Virus genome (UHGV): UHGV-1373008
DNA length: 45,385 nt
From: a virus
Strand: one strand, 5' to 3'
Below, piece after piece: positions 18,117 to 26,236 of the stretch (positions are counted from its first letter, which is position 1; each line of letters begins with the position of its first letter). The notes beneath the pieces were generated by a model. That model saw only the letters and a program-made list of their open reading frames with translations, was not told the DNA's origin and made no database searches. A program made the translations under genes and the position numbers.

Positions 18117-19041
18117 TGCCCGGCTTCCGCAGCCAAAATTAAGCATGAGCCTGACAGACCCACTCGGCGCAGTGGGTCGCGTCAACAAGATGGTGCGCGA
18201 TGTTGACGCCAGGTATGTGACGCTAAAATCGCAGGTTGCCGGATTGTTCCGCACTATTCCTGTGGCGACCGGCAATGCGGATACTGGAAATTATTATTAT
18301 GATTTCTCCGCCTACCGCGCATCGACATTCTTTGATGAACTTCAGCGCATTCTTGATGGTCAGCTGCTGGAAGGCGATGACTTCACGCACGGAAGGCTAT
18401 GGGCATCATCCTATGTCAGCGATGCCATGTATGCTGGCACGCAGAAGGCAAACTCAGACCTTGGCGACCTGTCGTCGGCATACAAAGACAGCAGGCCGCT
18501 TGCTGAAATACTGTACTCTCAGCCGTATCTCGACAGGCTTCAGCTTGCGTACACTCGCACGTATAACGATTGGGGTGGCCTTTCAGATTATACCCGGCAG
18601 CAGGTGGCGGAAGTCATCACTGCTGGCATTGCAAATGGCGACGCTCCTGGAGTGGTTGAGCAAAATATCGTTAATCGCATGGACGTATCAAGGAGCTATG
18701 CGCGATCAATTGCTCAGACTGAAATCACCAACACCCTGCGTGAGGCTAACAGGCGCGAAGTGAAAGAGGCACAGGTCACGCTTGGTATGGATACCATCAT
18801 GCTCTGGCAATCCGCGCTGATGAAGACCACCCGCGTCACTCATGCCGCGCGTCACGGGAAGTATTACACGCCTGAAGAGATTGATGAGTTCTACAGCGAA
18901 GGTGCAAACCGCCGTAACTGTCACTGCGCACAGACTCCAGCGCTGGTGATGGATGGCAAGCCGGTTATACTCGAGAAGACCCAGGAAAGGCTCGATAAGC
19001 AGCGTGAGGCATGGCAGGGCGCACATAAGAAAGCCGCCTGA
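18097..19041 (+). CDS. Head morphogenesis protein (Phage_Mu_F / SPP1 gp7 family)
   Basis: C-terminal motif [17 protein letters not shown]...NCHC. Internal ATG with RBS GGAG. Confidence 0.75.
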   Translation: MRLLKINARLPQPKLSMSLTDPLGAVGRVNKMVRDVDARYVTLKSQVAGLFRTIPVATGNADTGNYYYDFSAYRASTFFDELQRILDGQLLEGDDFTHGRLWASSYVSDAMYAGTQKANSDLGDLSSAYKDSRPLAEILYSQPYLDRLQLAYTRTYNDWGGLSDYTRQQVAEVITAGIANGDAPGVVEQNIVNRMDVSRSYARSIAQTEITNTLREANRREVKEAQVTLGMDTIMLWQSALMKTTRVTHAARHGKYYTPEEIDEFYSEGANRRNCHCAQTPALVMDGKPVILEKTQERLDKQREAWQGAHKKAA

Positions 19042-19055
19042 TGGCGGCTTTTGTT
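19031..19055. terminator. Bidirectional terminator (AAGCCGCC-TGAT-GGCGGCTT + TTGTT)
   Basis: Stem-loop between convergent genes. Confidence 0.65.
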
Positions 19056-19176
19056 AACGTTTTTTAATGAACCCTCCGCAACCACATTTTGGGCACATCG
19101 TATATCGAATGCCTGGCTTTTCAATTCTGTCGCGGTTGTGATGTTCGTGCTTGCACGCTACGCAGATGATGATCAT
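19054..19176 (-). CDS. Small zinc-ribbon protein (40 aa, C-x2-C...C-x2-C)
   Basis: Minus-strand open frame; TAATGA-coupled to the upstream 300-aa gene; ends at the terminator. Confidence 0.35.
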   Translation of the reverse strand: MIIICVACKHEHHNRDRIEKPGIRYTMCPKCGCGGFIKKR

Positions 19177-20078
19177 TAATCCTCCAGCTTCACGCCTGGA
19201 ATTTTACCTGCTGCGATGGCGTCATAAATTTCCTCTGCCATATCACTGTGGTTATCTTTTCGCTTAGCATTTGTCATTGCGCCATAAATCTTATCGCAGA
19301 TATCATCGCGCTTCCGATCTGCTTCGGTGCGGAGTGGGCGTAACTTGATATCTGTCGGATGGTAGGCGCACTCAGTATCCCCAGTGGAATCACCCTGTGT
19401 TTCAATGATTATTGTATGCTTGCTGATGTAGCGAATTACGCCACTGTCCCACGGCTCACCGGCCCATGAATATTCACACTCAACCCCAACCGGCGGATGG
19501 CCTTCACCACTCCAAACCGGCGCGGCATCCTGACCTATGCACTCATTCAGGTCGGCTTCGTCATCTGCCCTGGTGATGCCAGCATAAGCATTCCATGCAG
19601 CAGCGCGCACCTGTTCTGATTTCGTCGGCTGGTGCAGGCGGTAGGCGATGATGTTGGAGCCTTGCCAAATGTGCTCCCATGAATACTCGCCAGCGGGGTA
19701 TCCTGATTGTACATATCCTTTCTCAAGTTTGACATCCACAACTGTGTTTGTGCTAACTGGCGGGTTCTTGCCACCACCCCACTCAATCCAGCCGTCATTT
19801 TTGGCAGCCAGCGCGGCTTCGTACTGTTCGCGGGTGATGATGGCGGTGGCGTAGTCAACAGGTTCTTCGCAATCAAGTAAGGCACCTGAAAGCCAAGAGG
19901 CACCATGGTCAGCTCCATCGTCCTCGAAGATTGAAACGTCGTCACCAGTCATCGCTGGTGCGCCACCAACAGTGAAACACACCCTACTGAAACGTTTTGC
20001 ATAGACAGCGTGTGACGCCTTCGCTGGCCAACCATCACGCTTCGGTAATTCTTCAACCAAAATATCAATCAGCTTCAT
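19176..20078 (-). CDS. Hypothetical protein (300 aa, acidic, W-rich), moron
   Basis: ORF track. Minus strand within the morphogenesis region. Confidence 0.55.
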   Translation of the reverse strand: MKLIDILVEELPKRDGWPAKASHAVYAKRFSRVCFTVGGAPAMTGDDVSIFEDDGADHGASWLSGALLDCEEPVDYATAIITREQYEAALAAKNDGWIEWGGGKNPPVSTNTVVDVKLEKGYVQSGYPAGEYSWEHIWQGSNIIAYRLHQPTKSEQVRAAAWNAYAGITRADDEADLNECIGQDAAPVWSGEGHPPVGVECEYSWAGEPWDSGVIRYISKHTIIIETQGDSTGDTECAYHPTDIKLRPLRTEADRKRDDICDKIYGAMTNAKRKDNHSDMAEEIYDAIAAGKIPGVKLED

Positions 20079-20205
20079 TTCTTATCTCCGTTATAAATAC
20101 TTTTAAGTTCGCCCATCACATTCAGCCATGCTGCATGCTCATCCATGCCGCTCATCACCAGCCTTACGTAGCGATTGCGGGCCTTAAACATCAGGCGCGG
20201 GCACA

Positions 20206-20496
20206 TTATTTGTCGCCCATCGTTGACAGGCAGACTTCACGGGCGACAGCGGCCACTTCTTTCGGTGTCTTGTCTGTCATTTTGTATGCCCCATCAACGA
20301 TGGCCTTGCTGAGTTGGTTAAATTCAGCGCTATACTGGCCTCCAGAAGAAACCATCAGCGCGAGCTGCTTTGATACGCCAGCATCACGGGCTTCTGCTGC
20401 CGCTTCACCGAACTCACCAACTGCATTGCAAAACTCGCCAGCCGACGCACCAAATGAAGCCATTGCGAATACTGCTGCTGCGATTAATTTTTTCAT
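20206..20496 (-). CDS. Secreted small protein (Sec signal MKKLIAAAVFAMASFGASA)
   Basis: Signal peptide; RBS GGAGAG. Confidence 0.55.
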   Translation of the reverse strand: MKKLIAAAVFAMASFGASAGEFCNAVGEFGEAAAEARDAGVSKQLALMVSSGGQYSAEFNQLSKAIVDGAYKMTDKTPKEVAAVAREVCLSTMGDK

Positions 20497-20517
20497 TTTT
20501 TACTCTCCTGTGTTTGT

Positions 20518-20572
20518 GTATCTACATCATCGCTTACGATTCAATCTACGTCAAGTATTTTTATGATATAAT
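20518..20572. promoter_or_regulatory. Divergent regulatory region: two AATCTAC(A/G)TCA motif copies, with TTGACG on the minus strand and an extended -10 TGATATAAT on the plus strand
   Basis: Motifs at 20518-20529 and 20541-20555; extended -10 at 20564-20572. Confidence 0.5.
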
Positions 20573-20611
20573 GACACATGGGTTAGGAAGTTATCGGTTG
20601 AGGAAATCATT

Positions 20612-21340
20612 ATGTCAAAAAAAATGTCAAACGAAGACTTTGTGGCATCAGCCAGGGCAGCACACGGGAGTAGATTCAGGTACGAAAAGTGCGTTTATGA
20701 CGGGAAAAAGAAAAAATTAATAATAATTTGTAGGATGCACGGGGCTTTCCTCACTCATCCAGATACCCACTTAAAGGGAAAACATGGAGGATGTGATAAG
20801 TGTGCAAGGATTCAGCATGGCAGGAGATCATCAGAAAGGTGCAGGAGCAAGGTGAGAGACCTTGATATTTCCGATATCGTTAAATATGAACCTGAAACGG
20901 GTGATTTTACTTGGGTTAAGAACACAACAATTCGAGACTCAATAGGAAGGAAGGTTGGTAGCAAAACTAAGAATGGTTATATTGAATGTCAGATTCAGGG
21001 AGAGAGGTACTTACTACATAGACTGGCTTGGTTTATGCACTATGGATCATGGCCGCCAGGTGAGATAGATCACATTAATTGCATCAAAACAGATAACAGA
21101 ATTAAAAATCTTAGGCTTGCCACTTTTTGTGAAAATCAACAAAACAAGGGCATTTCAGAAAGCAATAAGTCAGGCGTCAAAGGCGTCTGCTGGGACAAAA
21201 GGTTATCAAAATGGAAAGCCAGGGTCTACGCATCAAGGGTGTTGGTGGCAGAGAGGGTATTTGACGACCTGAATGAAGCCGCAGAGTGGATAAAAAATGT
21301 TAGAATGAGACACCACAAAGAATTTTCCCGGGAGGCTTAG
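20612..21340 (+). CDS. HNH homing endonuclease with C-terminal AP2 DNA-binding domain (paralogue 1 of 3)
   Basis: HNH core LHRLAWFMHYG...IDHIN..TDNRIKNLRL. AP2-like segment SGVKGVCWDKRLSKWKARV. Confidence 0.75.
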   Translation: MSKKMSNEDFVASARAAHGSRFRYEKCVYDGKKKKLIIICRMHGAFLTHPDTHLKGKHGGCDKCARIQHGRRSSERCRSKVRDLDISDIVKYEPETGDFTWVKNTTIRDSIGRKVGSKTKNGYIECQIQGERYLLHRLAWFMHYGSWPPGEIDHINCIKTDNRIKNLRLATFCENQQNKGISESNKSGVKGVCWDKRLSKWKARVYASRVLVAERVFDDLNEAAEWIKNVRMRHHKEFSREA

Positions 21341-21341
21341 G

Positions 21342-21776
21342 GTGAAATTATCTCAAAAGGGCATTGAACTAATTAAACAATTCGAGGGTTACAGCTCGAA
21401 GGCATATCCAGACCCAGCCACTGGCGGAGCGCCGTGGACTATCGGTTACGGTACAACCAAAGGCGTTAAGCCAGGCATGGTTATCACCGCACAGCAAGCG
21501 GAAAAGATGCTGCGTGACGACGTAGCGAAATTTGAAAGCGGCGTCTCGTCACTCATCACCGCCCCAACAACTCAGGGCCAGTTTGATGCAATGGTGTCGC
21601 TGGCCTACAACATCGGGCTTGGTAACTTTGGCAAATCAACTCTGCTGAAAAAGCATAACTCCCGCTGCTACACCTGCGCCGCAGACCAGTTCCGGGTATG
21701 GAATCGCGCTAATGGCAAGGTCATGAACGGACTGACCAAGCGCCGCGCAGATGAACGTCAGGTCTACATGTCATGA
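21342..21776 (+). CDS. Endolysin (GH24 lysozyme, T4/P22 type)
   Basis: Matches EGYSSKAYPD..G..WTIGYG and the catalytic region of P22 gp19-like lysozymes. Confidence 0.8.
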   Translation: MKLSQKGIELIKQFEGYSSKAYPDPATGGAPWTIGYGTTKGVKPGMVITAQQAEKMLRDDVAKFESGVSSLITAPTTQGQFDAMVSLAYNIGLGNFGKSTLLKKHNSRCYTCAADQFRVWNRANGKVMNGLTKRRADERQVYMS

Positions 21777-22018
21777 GGCGCCTAACTAACTGGCTTATCG
21801 GCATTTGGGCGTCATTCTGCTCGCTGATTCAGCTCTGGCCTGACGCTATGGTTCATGTATGGGCATTCATGCCGGAAGACTTAAAGTCTTCCATTCCACC
21901 GATTGCGGTCAAGGCGATCAGCTACAGCATCCTTATTGCCTCGCTGTTTGGAAAAATGCACGGCATGAAGAAAGAGATTAAGGCGCTGAAAAATGATTCT
22001 GCAAATCCTCAAGGCTAA
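21773..22018 (+). CDS. Putative holin (81 aa, two transmembrane segments, charged C-terminus)
   Basis: Two hydrophobic segments. Position within the lysis cassette. Confidence 0.45.
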   Translation: MRRLTNWLIGIWASFCSLIQLWPDAMVHVWAFMPEDLKSSIPPIAVKAISYSILIASLFGKMHGMKKEIKALKNDSANPQG

Positions 22019-22487
22019 CTGGAAAGTTGTTGCGGCCATTATCGGCGTAGCACTGCTGGCGCTGATTATCTACGGGAAGTGGGTCAATTACGGGAAGGAG
22101 AAATATAACTCTGGATATCTGGCCGCCGTAGAGGCACAGAAGGTCAAAGACAAAGAGGCAAGCGAACAACATGAGCAAGACAAAAAGACCATCGAGCAGG
22201 AAGCGCAAGGCCGCATTGATGCCGCGCGTGCTGATGCTTCCGCTGCTGCTGTTAAGTCTGGCAGGTTGCAGCAACAGCTCGCCACAATCAGAAAGCAGCT
22301 CCTCGATTATTCCAGAACTGAGTCCATTGGCAATCCAGCCGCCAGTACCGGAGTTTTGCTCTCCCAACTGCTCAGCGAATCTGTCGAAAGAAATCGACAA
22401 CTGGCAGAATATGCTGACTCAGCAAGAGAAGCAGGATTGACTTGTCAGGCGCAATATAACTCCCTGCGCAATAAAAAAGCCCCGTAA
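21993..22487 (+). CDS. Rz-like i-spanin
   Basis: N-terminal transmembrane segment plus periplasmic coiled coil; embeds the Rz1 frame. Confidence 0.65.
   Translation: MILQILKANWKVVAAIIGVALLALIIYGKWVNYGKEKYNSGYLAAVEAQKVKDKEASEQHEQDKKTIEQEAQGRIDAARADASAAAVKSGRLQQQLATIRKQLLDYSRTESIGNPAASTGVLLSQLLSESVERNRQLAEYADSAREAGLTCQAQYNSLRNKKAP
22219..22440 (+). CDS. Rz1-like o-spanin lipoprotein embedded in the +1 frame of Rz
   Basis: Lipobox LLSLAGC. Pro-rich mature region. RBS AAGG. Confidence 0.6.
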   Translation: MPRVLMLPLLLLSLAGCSNSSPQSESSSSIIPELSPLAIQPPVPEFCSPNCSANLSKEIDNWQNMLTQQEKQD

Positions 22488-22499
22488 AGGGGCTTTTCT
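22471..22499. terminator. Bidirectional terminator (AAGCCCC-GTAAA-GGGGCTT + TTTCTG, A-run upstream)
   Basis: Stem-loop flanked by an A-run and a T-run. Confidence 0.7.
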
Positions 22500-22500
22500 G

Positions 22501-22755
22501 TCAACCAATAACCATCCAGTCGCTAGCGATCATATCGGTTTGGCTTGCCAGCCATGGCACCAGTTTCCCATCAGCCGTTTTCATGCAGATAAAAGGTAGC
22601 GTATTAAGCCCGTCAATCCCATCAATATCGCACTCAAAGTCCCATGCCCCTCCTGCTATCATGAACAGGAACATACCCTTTCCATTCCACCCATTTCTTG
22701 CTACCTTGCATCCAATTCCCATCTCCTCCAGGGCCTCACCAAAGCTTAAAGACAT
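22501..22755 (-). CDS. DUF2829-family protein (same family as Thoeris anti-defence Tad2)
   Basis: Motifs GWNGKGMF and DGKLVPWLASQTDMIASDWMV match the DUF2829 signature. Confidence 0.55.
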   Translation of the reverse strand: MSLSFGEALEEMGIGCKVARNGWNGKGMFLFMIAGGAWDFECDIDGIDGLNTLPFICMKTADGKLVPWLASQTDMIASDWMVIG

Positions 22756-22764
22756 TTTTACACC

Positions 22765-22971
22765 TCATTCGTATAGTGGTTTCATTTCATAGCCAAACAT
22801 GGCCGCGTTTTGGTGCTCAACACTACCAGCAAACGCCAGATAACGACGTCCACGATTGCTGGTGATGATGTAGGCGATTGGCTCGCCAAGCCTTGGGGCA
22901 TGATAATCTCGCAGGGCTGGTTCGTGTAACTCTATCATGTCAATTTCAATGCGTGGTATTGGATGGTTCAT
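22765..22971 (-). CDS. Hypothetical protein (68 aa)
   Basis: ORF track. Confidence 0.45.
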   Translation of the reverse strand: MNHPIPRIEIDMIELHEPALRDYHAPRLGEPIAYIITSNRGRRYLAFAGSVEHQNAAMFGYEMKPLYE

Positions 22972-23234
22972 TATTTTACTTCCACATTCAGTTTAACCCA
23001 CCCCTTCCCGGGCACACTTTTGATTTTCCCGGCCTTGCGCAGTGCTTGCAGACGCCGGCCCAGAACTCGAAATCCTTCTCCTTTTTTTGTTGCGAAACTC
23101 TCGCACGTGGTAAATACCTTGCTATCAAAATCGCTGCGACCGCGTTCGTAGAAATGAATCTGATAGAATGGAATCGGAGTATCATTATCAATTTTATCCA
23201 AAATTAGCTTATCCAACTCGGCATACTTGCTCAT
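22971..23234 (-). CDS. Hypothetical protein (87 aa)
   Basis: ORF track; coupled. Confidence 0.45.
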   Translation of the reverse strand: MSKYAELDKLILDKIDNDTPIPFYQIHFYERGRSDFDSKVFTTCESFATKKGEGFRVLGRRLQALRKAGKIKSVPGKGWVKLNVEVK

Positions 23235-23701
23235 TTTGCATCCCCATTCAGTTCATTAACAATTAATGTTGCATAGCCAGCAATGTCCTTCCAGCTATCG
23301 TCATATGTCGGGTCGCCATTCAGGATTCGACCGATTTTATGCTGAATCATGTCGAGCGCTTCCTTCTGGCTCGCCGTCAGGTTGTTCCAACCATCAACGT
23401 CGCGCATGGTGTCTTTCAGTGACTGCATGATTTCTGCACCGTCTTTGAATTTGCCATAGCGGCTTCCGCGCTCGGTGATGAGGCGTCCTGTGGGGGATTC
23501 AAATGGCATCCATGGGTCGGGCTCCAGCTCACGATGAGCGATAATAATGTCGCCAACCTTTTCGATATCCTTATCCCGGCCTGCGTAATCCAAACCGAGA
23601 TGGTATACCCTGCCAGTTGATGCTGATTTCACAACAAGAATAGCGCCTGGATGGCCTTCAAAATCTGCTTCACTTCCTTTATGGTATTTGTATTTCATCA
23701 C
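23231..23701 (-). CDS. Hypothetical protein (156 aa)
   Basis: ORF track; ATGA overlap. Confidence 0.5.
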   Translation of the reverse strand: MMKYKYHKGSEADFEGHPGAILVVKSASTGRVYHLGLDYAGRDKDIEKVGDIIIAHRELEPDPWMPFESPTGRLITERGSRYGKFKDGAEIMQSLKDTMRDVDGWNNLTASQKEALDMIQHKIGRILNGDPTYDDSWKDIAGYATLIVNELNGDAK

Positions 23702-23898
23702 TCACCTCTCAACGTAACTTTGTTTTTCTCATCTACGCTGAAATGCTCGCGCACAAACGCATACATTTCTTCGGCGCTCCATTCCCGCATTGCTACATAG
23801 CAGTGCGCGTAATATCTGACATCTCGCAGGCTTAACGGTTGGCGCTTAGCGATAATCTCAGTCAATACTTCCAGTGGTTCTTTGCGTTGTCTCGCCAT
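23698..23898 (-). CDS. Hypothetical protein (66 aa)
   Basis: ORF track; RBS GGAGAG. Confidence 0.45.
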   Translation of the reverse strand: MARQRKEPLEVLTEIIAKRQPLSLRDVRYYAHCYVAMREWSAEEMYAFVREHFSVDEKNKVTLRGE

Positions 23899-23920
23899 TG
23901 TCGCTCTCCTGTGAAAATCA

Positions 23921-23976
23921 TCTTGACGAATCTACGTCAATTAGTCAATACTCTGTGTTGTAGATTGTACCATAAT
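23921..23976. promoter_or_regulatory. Divergent control region: palindrome TTGACGAATCTACGTCAA plus an inverted partial copy TTGTAGATTG and a -10 CATAAT
   Basis: Motifs at 23923-23940 and 23958-23967; CATAAT at 23971-23976. Confidence 0.5.
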
Positions 23977-23994
23977 GATAAAAGGTGGTGTGGA

Positions 23995-24210
23995 ATGAAG
24001 AAGTGGCAGGAGGTGACAGAGGTTCATAAGCGCGATTGCCGGGAGACTCTGCAAATGCTTAATGTGCCGGAGTCAATCATTAAATCTATCGAGCAGCGCA
24101 TTGACCTCGCTGCTATGGAGGCAGCCCATGAAGCCGAGGAAGCGCAAATGTTGTCATGGATGGACAGAACTCTACCGGGCGTTTTACATCGTGGTAAGAC
24201 TACCGATTGA
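23995..24210 (+). CDS. Hypothetical protein (72 aa)
   Basis: Internal ATG with RBS AGGTGG. Confidence 0.45.
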   Translation: MKKWQEVTEVHKRDCRETLQMLNVPESIIKSIEQRIDLAAMEAAHEAEEAQMLSWMDRTLPGVLHRGKTTD

Positions 24211-24293
24211 AGATGATGACGGGTATCTGCATAACCATAGTCAGGTACTCAAATATTATGGCGTTCACTATAAAGTGCTGATGGAGAGAAAAA

Positions 24294-24485
24294 ATGACTA
24301 CTGATCAGGTGTACGAAAAAGAGTTGCTGAACAAGCTGGAAGAACTCGACCGCACTCGCGCATGGGTTGAAAGCGAATTGCGCGAGGTTCGCAACCGCAT
24401 GCAACGGCAGGTTAACCGCGAAATTATCGAATGGCGCGAGGGGCGCCCGCATTTCAGCAATATTGGTGAATGGGTGGCGAAATGA
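24294..24485 (+). CDS. Hypothetical protein (63 aa, coiled coil)
   Basis: ORF track. Confidence 0.4.
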   Translation: MTTDQVYEKELLNKLEELDRTRAWVESELREVRNRMQRQVNREIIEWREGRPHFSNIGEWVAK

Positions 24486-24721
24486 AACCAATGATGAATG
24501 ATAATGGGCTGCTGGAGTGTCCATTTTGCAATGAAATTAGCGTTGGTGTTGCCACTGATGAAGATGGCTGGCAATACATTGAATGTAGTGATTGTTATTG
24601 CCGCACGGATGGTTTCAGAAATCCCAAACTCATGGTTGAAAGATGGAATACCCGCAACGGCCACCTCTACACCGCTGACGACTACAAACAAGATGCACTG
24701 GAGCGCGCAAATGGACTTTAA
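24482..24721 (+). CDS. Lar-family restriction-alleviation protein (zinc-binding)
   Basis: LLECPFCNE...IECSDCYC...ERWNTR matches the Lar_restr_allev signature (CPFCG ... WN.R). ATGA-coupled. Confidence 0.65.
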   Translation: MKPMMNDNGLLECPFCNEISVGVATDEDGWQYIECSDCYCRTDGFRNPKLMVERWNTRNGHLYTADDYKQDALERANGL

Positions 24722-25181
24722 AACGCAAATACTCACGGTGATAGAGCGCTGTGGTGGCGCAACCAATGCCATGATACGCAAGCAGACTGGCATGACAAAC
24801 CGAGCCAGCGTTACAGGCTATCTGATTGAGCTGGAGGGTATGGGATTTATTATTAAAGAGGAAAGCGTCAGCTATGGCAGGCGCTGCTTTAAGTATTTCC
24901 TCAATCCCGATAATACCGCGCTTGACATGGCAATTCAGACGTACCTTGAGGAGAATCCGGGACGCAAGAGCAAGCAGATAGCAGAGGCTGTCGGCGTCAA
25001 CTACACCATCCTGAAAGCGCGTATGCGCTATCTGGCGAGCATTGGTCAGGTTGACCGTGAAATGCTTCCCGGTGGCGCGTGGAAATATTACTGGCAGGAA
25101 ATCATCCCGTTTGGAATGAGTCGTGACAGGATGATGTTTGAAAAGCTGCTTGCCGCGGTGCGCCAGTCATGTGGGCGGTAA
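24711..25181 (+). CDS. Putative DNA-binding protein with two winged-helix (MarR-like) repeats
   Basis: Two repeats of the pattern ..I....GG.T...I.....G.T...V.GYL..LE..G.I. RBS GGAG. Confidence 0.45.
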   Translation: MDFKTQILTVIERCGGATNAMIRKQTGMTNRASVTGYLIELEGMGFIIKEESVSYGRRCFKYFLNPDNTALDMAIQTYLEENPGRKSKQIAEAVGVNYTILKARMRYLASIGQVDREMLPGGAWKYYWQEIIPFGMSRDRMMFEKLLAAVRQSCGR

Positions 25182-25444
25182 AGCATAAATCAGGAACCGT
25201 GCTGTTTATCACCAATTGTGAACGCACGGCCAATAATCGCAGAGAAATGGAGTGGATAGTGGAACAAAGAAAATGCAGAGTAACAATTGAGTGGTTAAAC
25301 GGAAAGAAAAGCACCTTCTTCGCTGATGGATGCGCGGAGATGGATAACAGCATCATGCTTTCAGTTAATGGTACTGATTTGCATATTCCATGGCAAAACA
25401 TGGTTGATGGCGAGATTAAGTATTTTGATGAGGGCGAGGAATGA
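25169..25444 (+). CDS. Hypothetical protein (91 aa)
   Basis: ORF track. Confidence 0.45.
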   Translation: MWAVKHKSGTVLFITNCERTANNRREMEWIVEQRKCRVTIEWLNGKKSTFFADGCAEMDNSIMLSVNGTDLHIPWQNMVDGEIKYFDEGEE

Positions 25445-25713
25445 CAAGTAGAGAGCAGTTTGAAAAATGGGTTGGTGATAGCGTAAATTCTGATGTGCAC
25501 AGGGGTATTATGCTTAGCCGCCATGAGAATGGAAATTATAGCCACCTTGCGACAAGACACAAATGGGATGCTTGGCAAGCATCGCGCGCGGCAATTGAGA
25601 TTGAACTGCCAGAACCATGCTCCCCTGGTGATTTCTGTGTAGACATTCCGGCACAAGCTCATCATGAGGTTGTCGAGGCAATAGAATTGGCTGGATTAAA
25701 GGTGAAAGTATGA
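25441..25713 (+). CDS. Hypothetical protein (90 aa)
   Basis: ORF track; ATGA-coupled. Confidence 0.45.
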   Translation: MTSREQFEKWVGDSVNSDVHRGIMLSRHENGNYSHLATRHKWDAWQASRAAIEIELPEPCSPGDFCVDIPAQAHHEVVEAIELAGLKVKV

Positions 25714-26054
25714 AACTACAACTTAACGAAATCATGGAAGCAACAATTAGCGAGCTGGATGACATTGATATGACGCTTGCCTTTGAGATTGAGGCTATCG
25801 AGCGTCAGCTTGCTGGCAATCAGAATGGAAATAAGGTATGGAGAGAGAAGGCCATGAAGGCAAAGGGACACATGCAGCGCACCCGCGCGCTGGTTCGCAC
25901 TCGCCTTGATAAGCTCTACTACGGCGAAGAAAGAATGTTGCACGGCGCCATTCTGGCTGAAATCCGAAAAACGATGCCTGTAGGGAAATTCATGGATGCC
26001 GTAAACCGCGCAAAAGTTAACTGCGGAATGTTAAATAAGAATAGTCCTCAATAA
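25710..26054 (+). CDS. Hypothetical protein (114 aa)
   Basis: ORF track; ATGA-coupled. Confidence 0.45.
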   Translation: MKLQLNEIMEATISELDDIDMTLAFEIEAIERQLAGNQNGNKVWREKAMKAKGHMQRTRALVRTRLDKLYYGEERMLHGAILAEIRKTMPVGKFMDAVNRAKVNCGMLNKNSPQ

Positions 26055-26098
26055 ATTCTCTTCCGTGGCTGTTACCTTGCATTCAGGAGGTAGCAGCC

Positions 26099-26221
26099 AT
26101 GCCAATCATACTGATATCATTCTTTGCTACTCTTTTCGCTTTTACCGCATCTCCACTTTACCTTCTCGCGTCCGTTTCGTGGTGCATATTCATGGTGTGT
26201 TATAATCCGGGCATAAAGTAA
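26099..26221 (+). CDS. Small hydrophobic peptide (40 aa) with strong RBS AGGAGG; contains the extended -10 TGTTATAAT for the downstream head operon
   Basis: ATG at 26099, 5 nt after AGGAGG. Extended -10 at 26198-26206. Confidence 0.35.
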   Translation: MPIILISFFATLFAFTASPLYLLASVSWCIFMVCYNPGIK

Positions 26222-26236
26222 GCGCGGAGAAAGGTC

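Noticed and set aside
24062-24304. 80-aa ORF in an alternative frame overlapping 23995..24210
   Set aside because: It overlaps a gene that has a proper RBS, and it has no RBS of its own.
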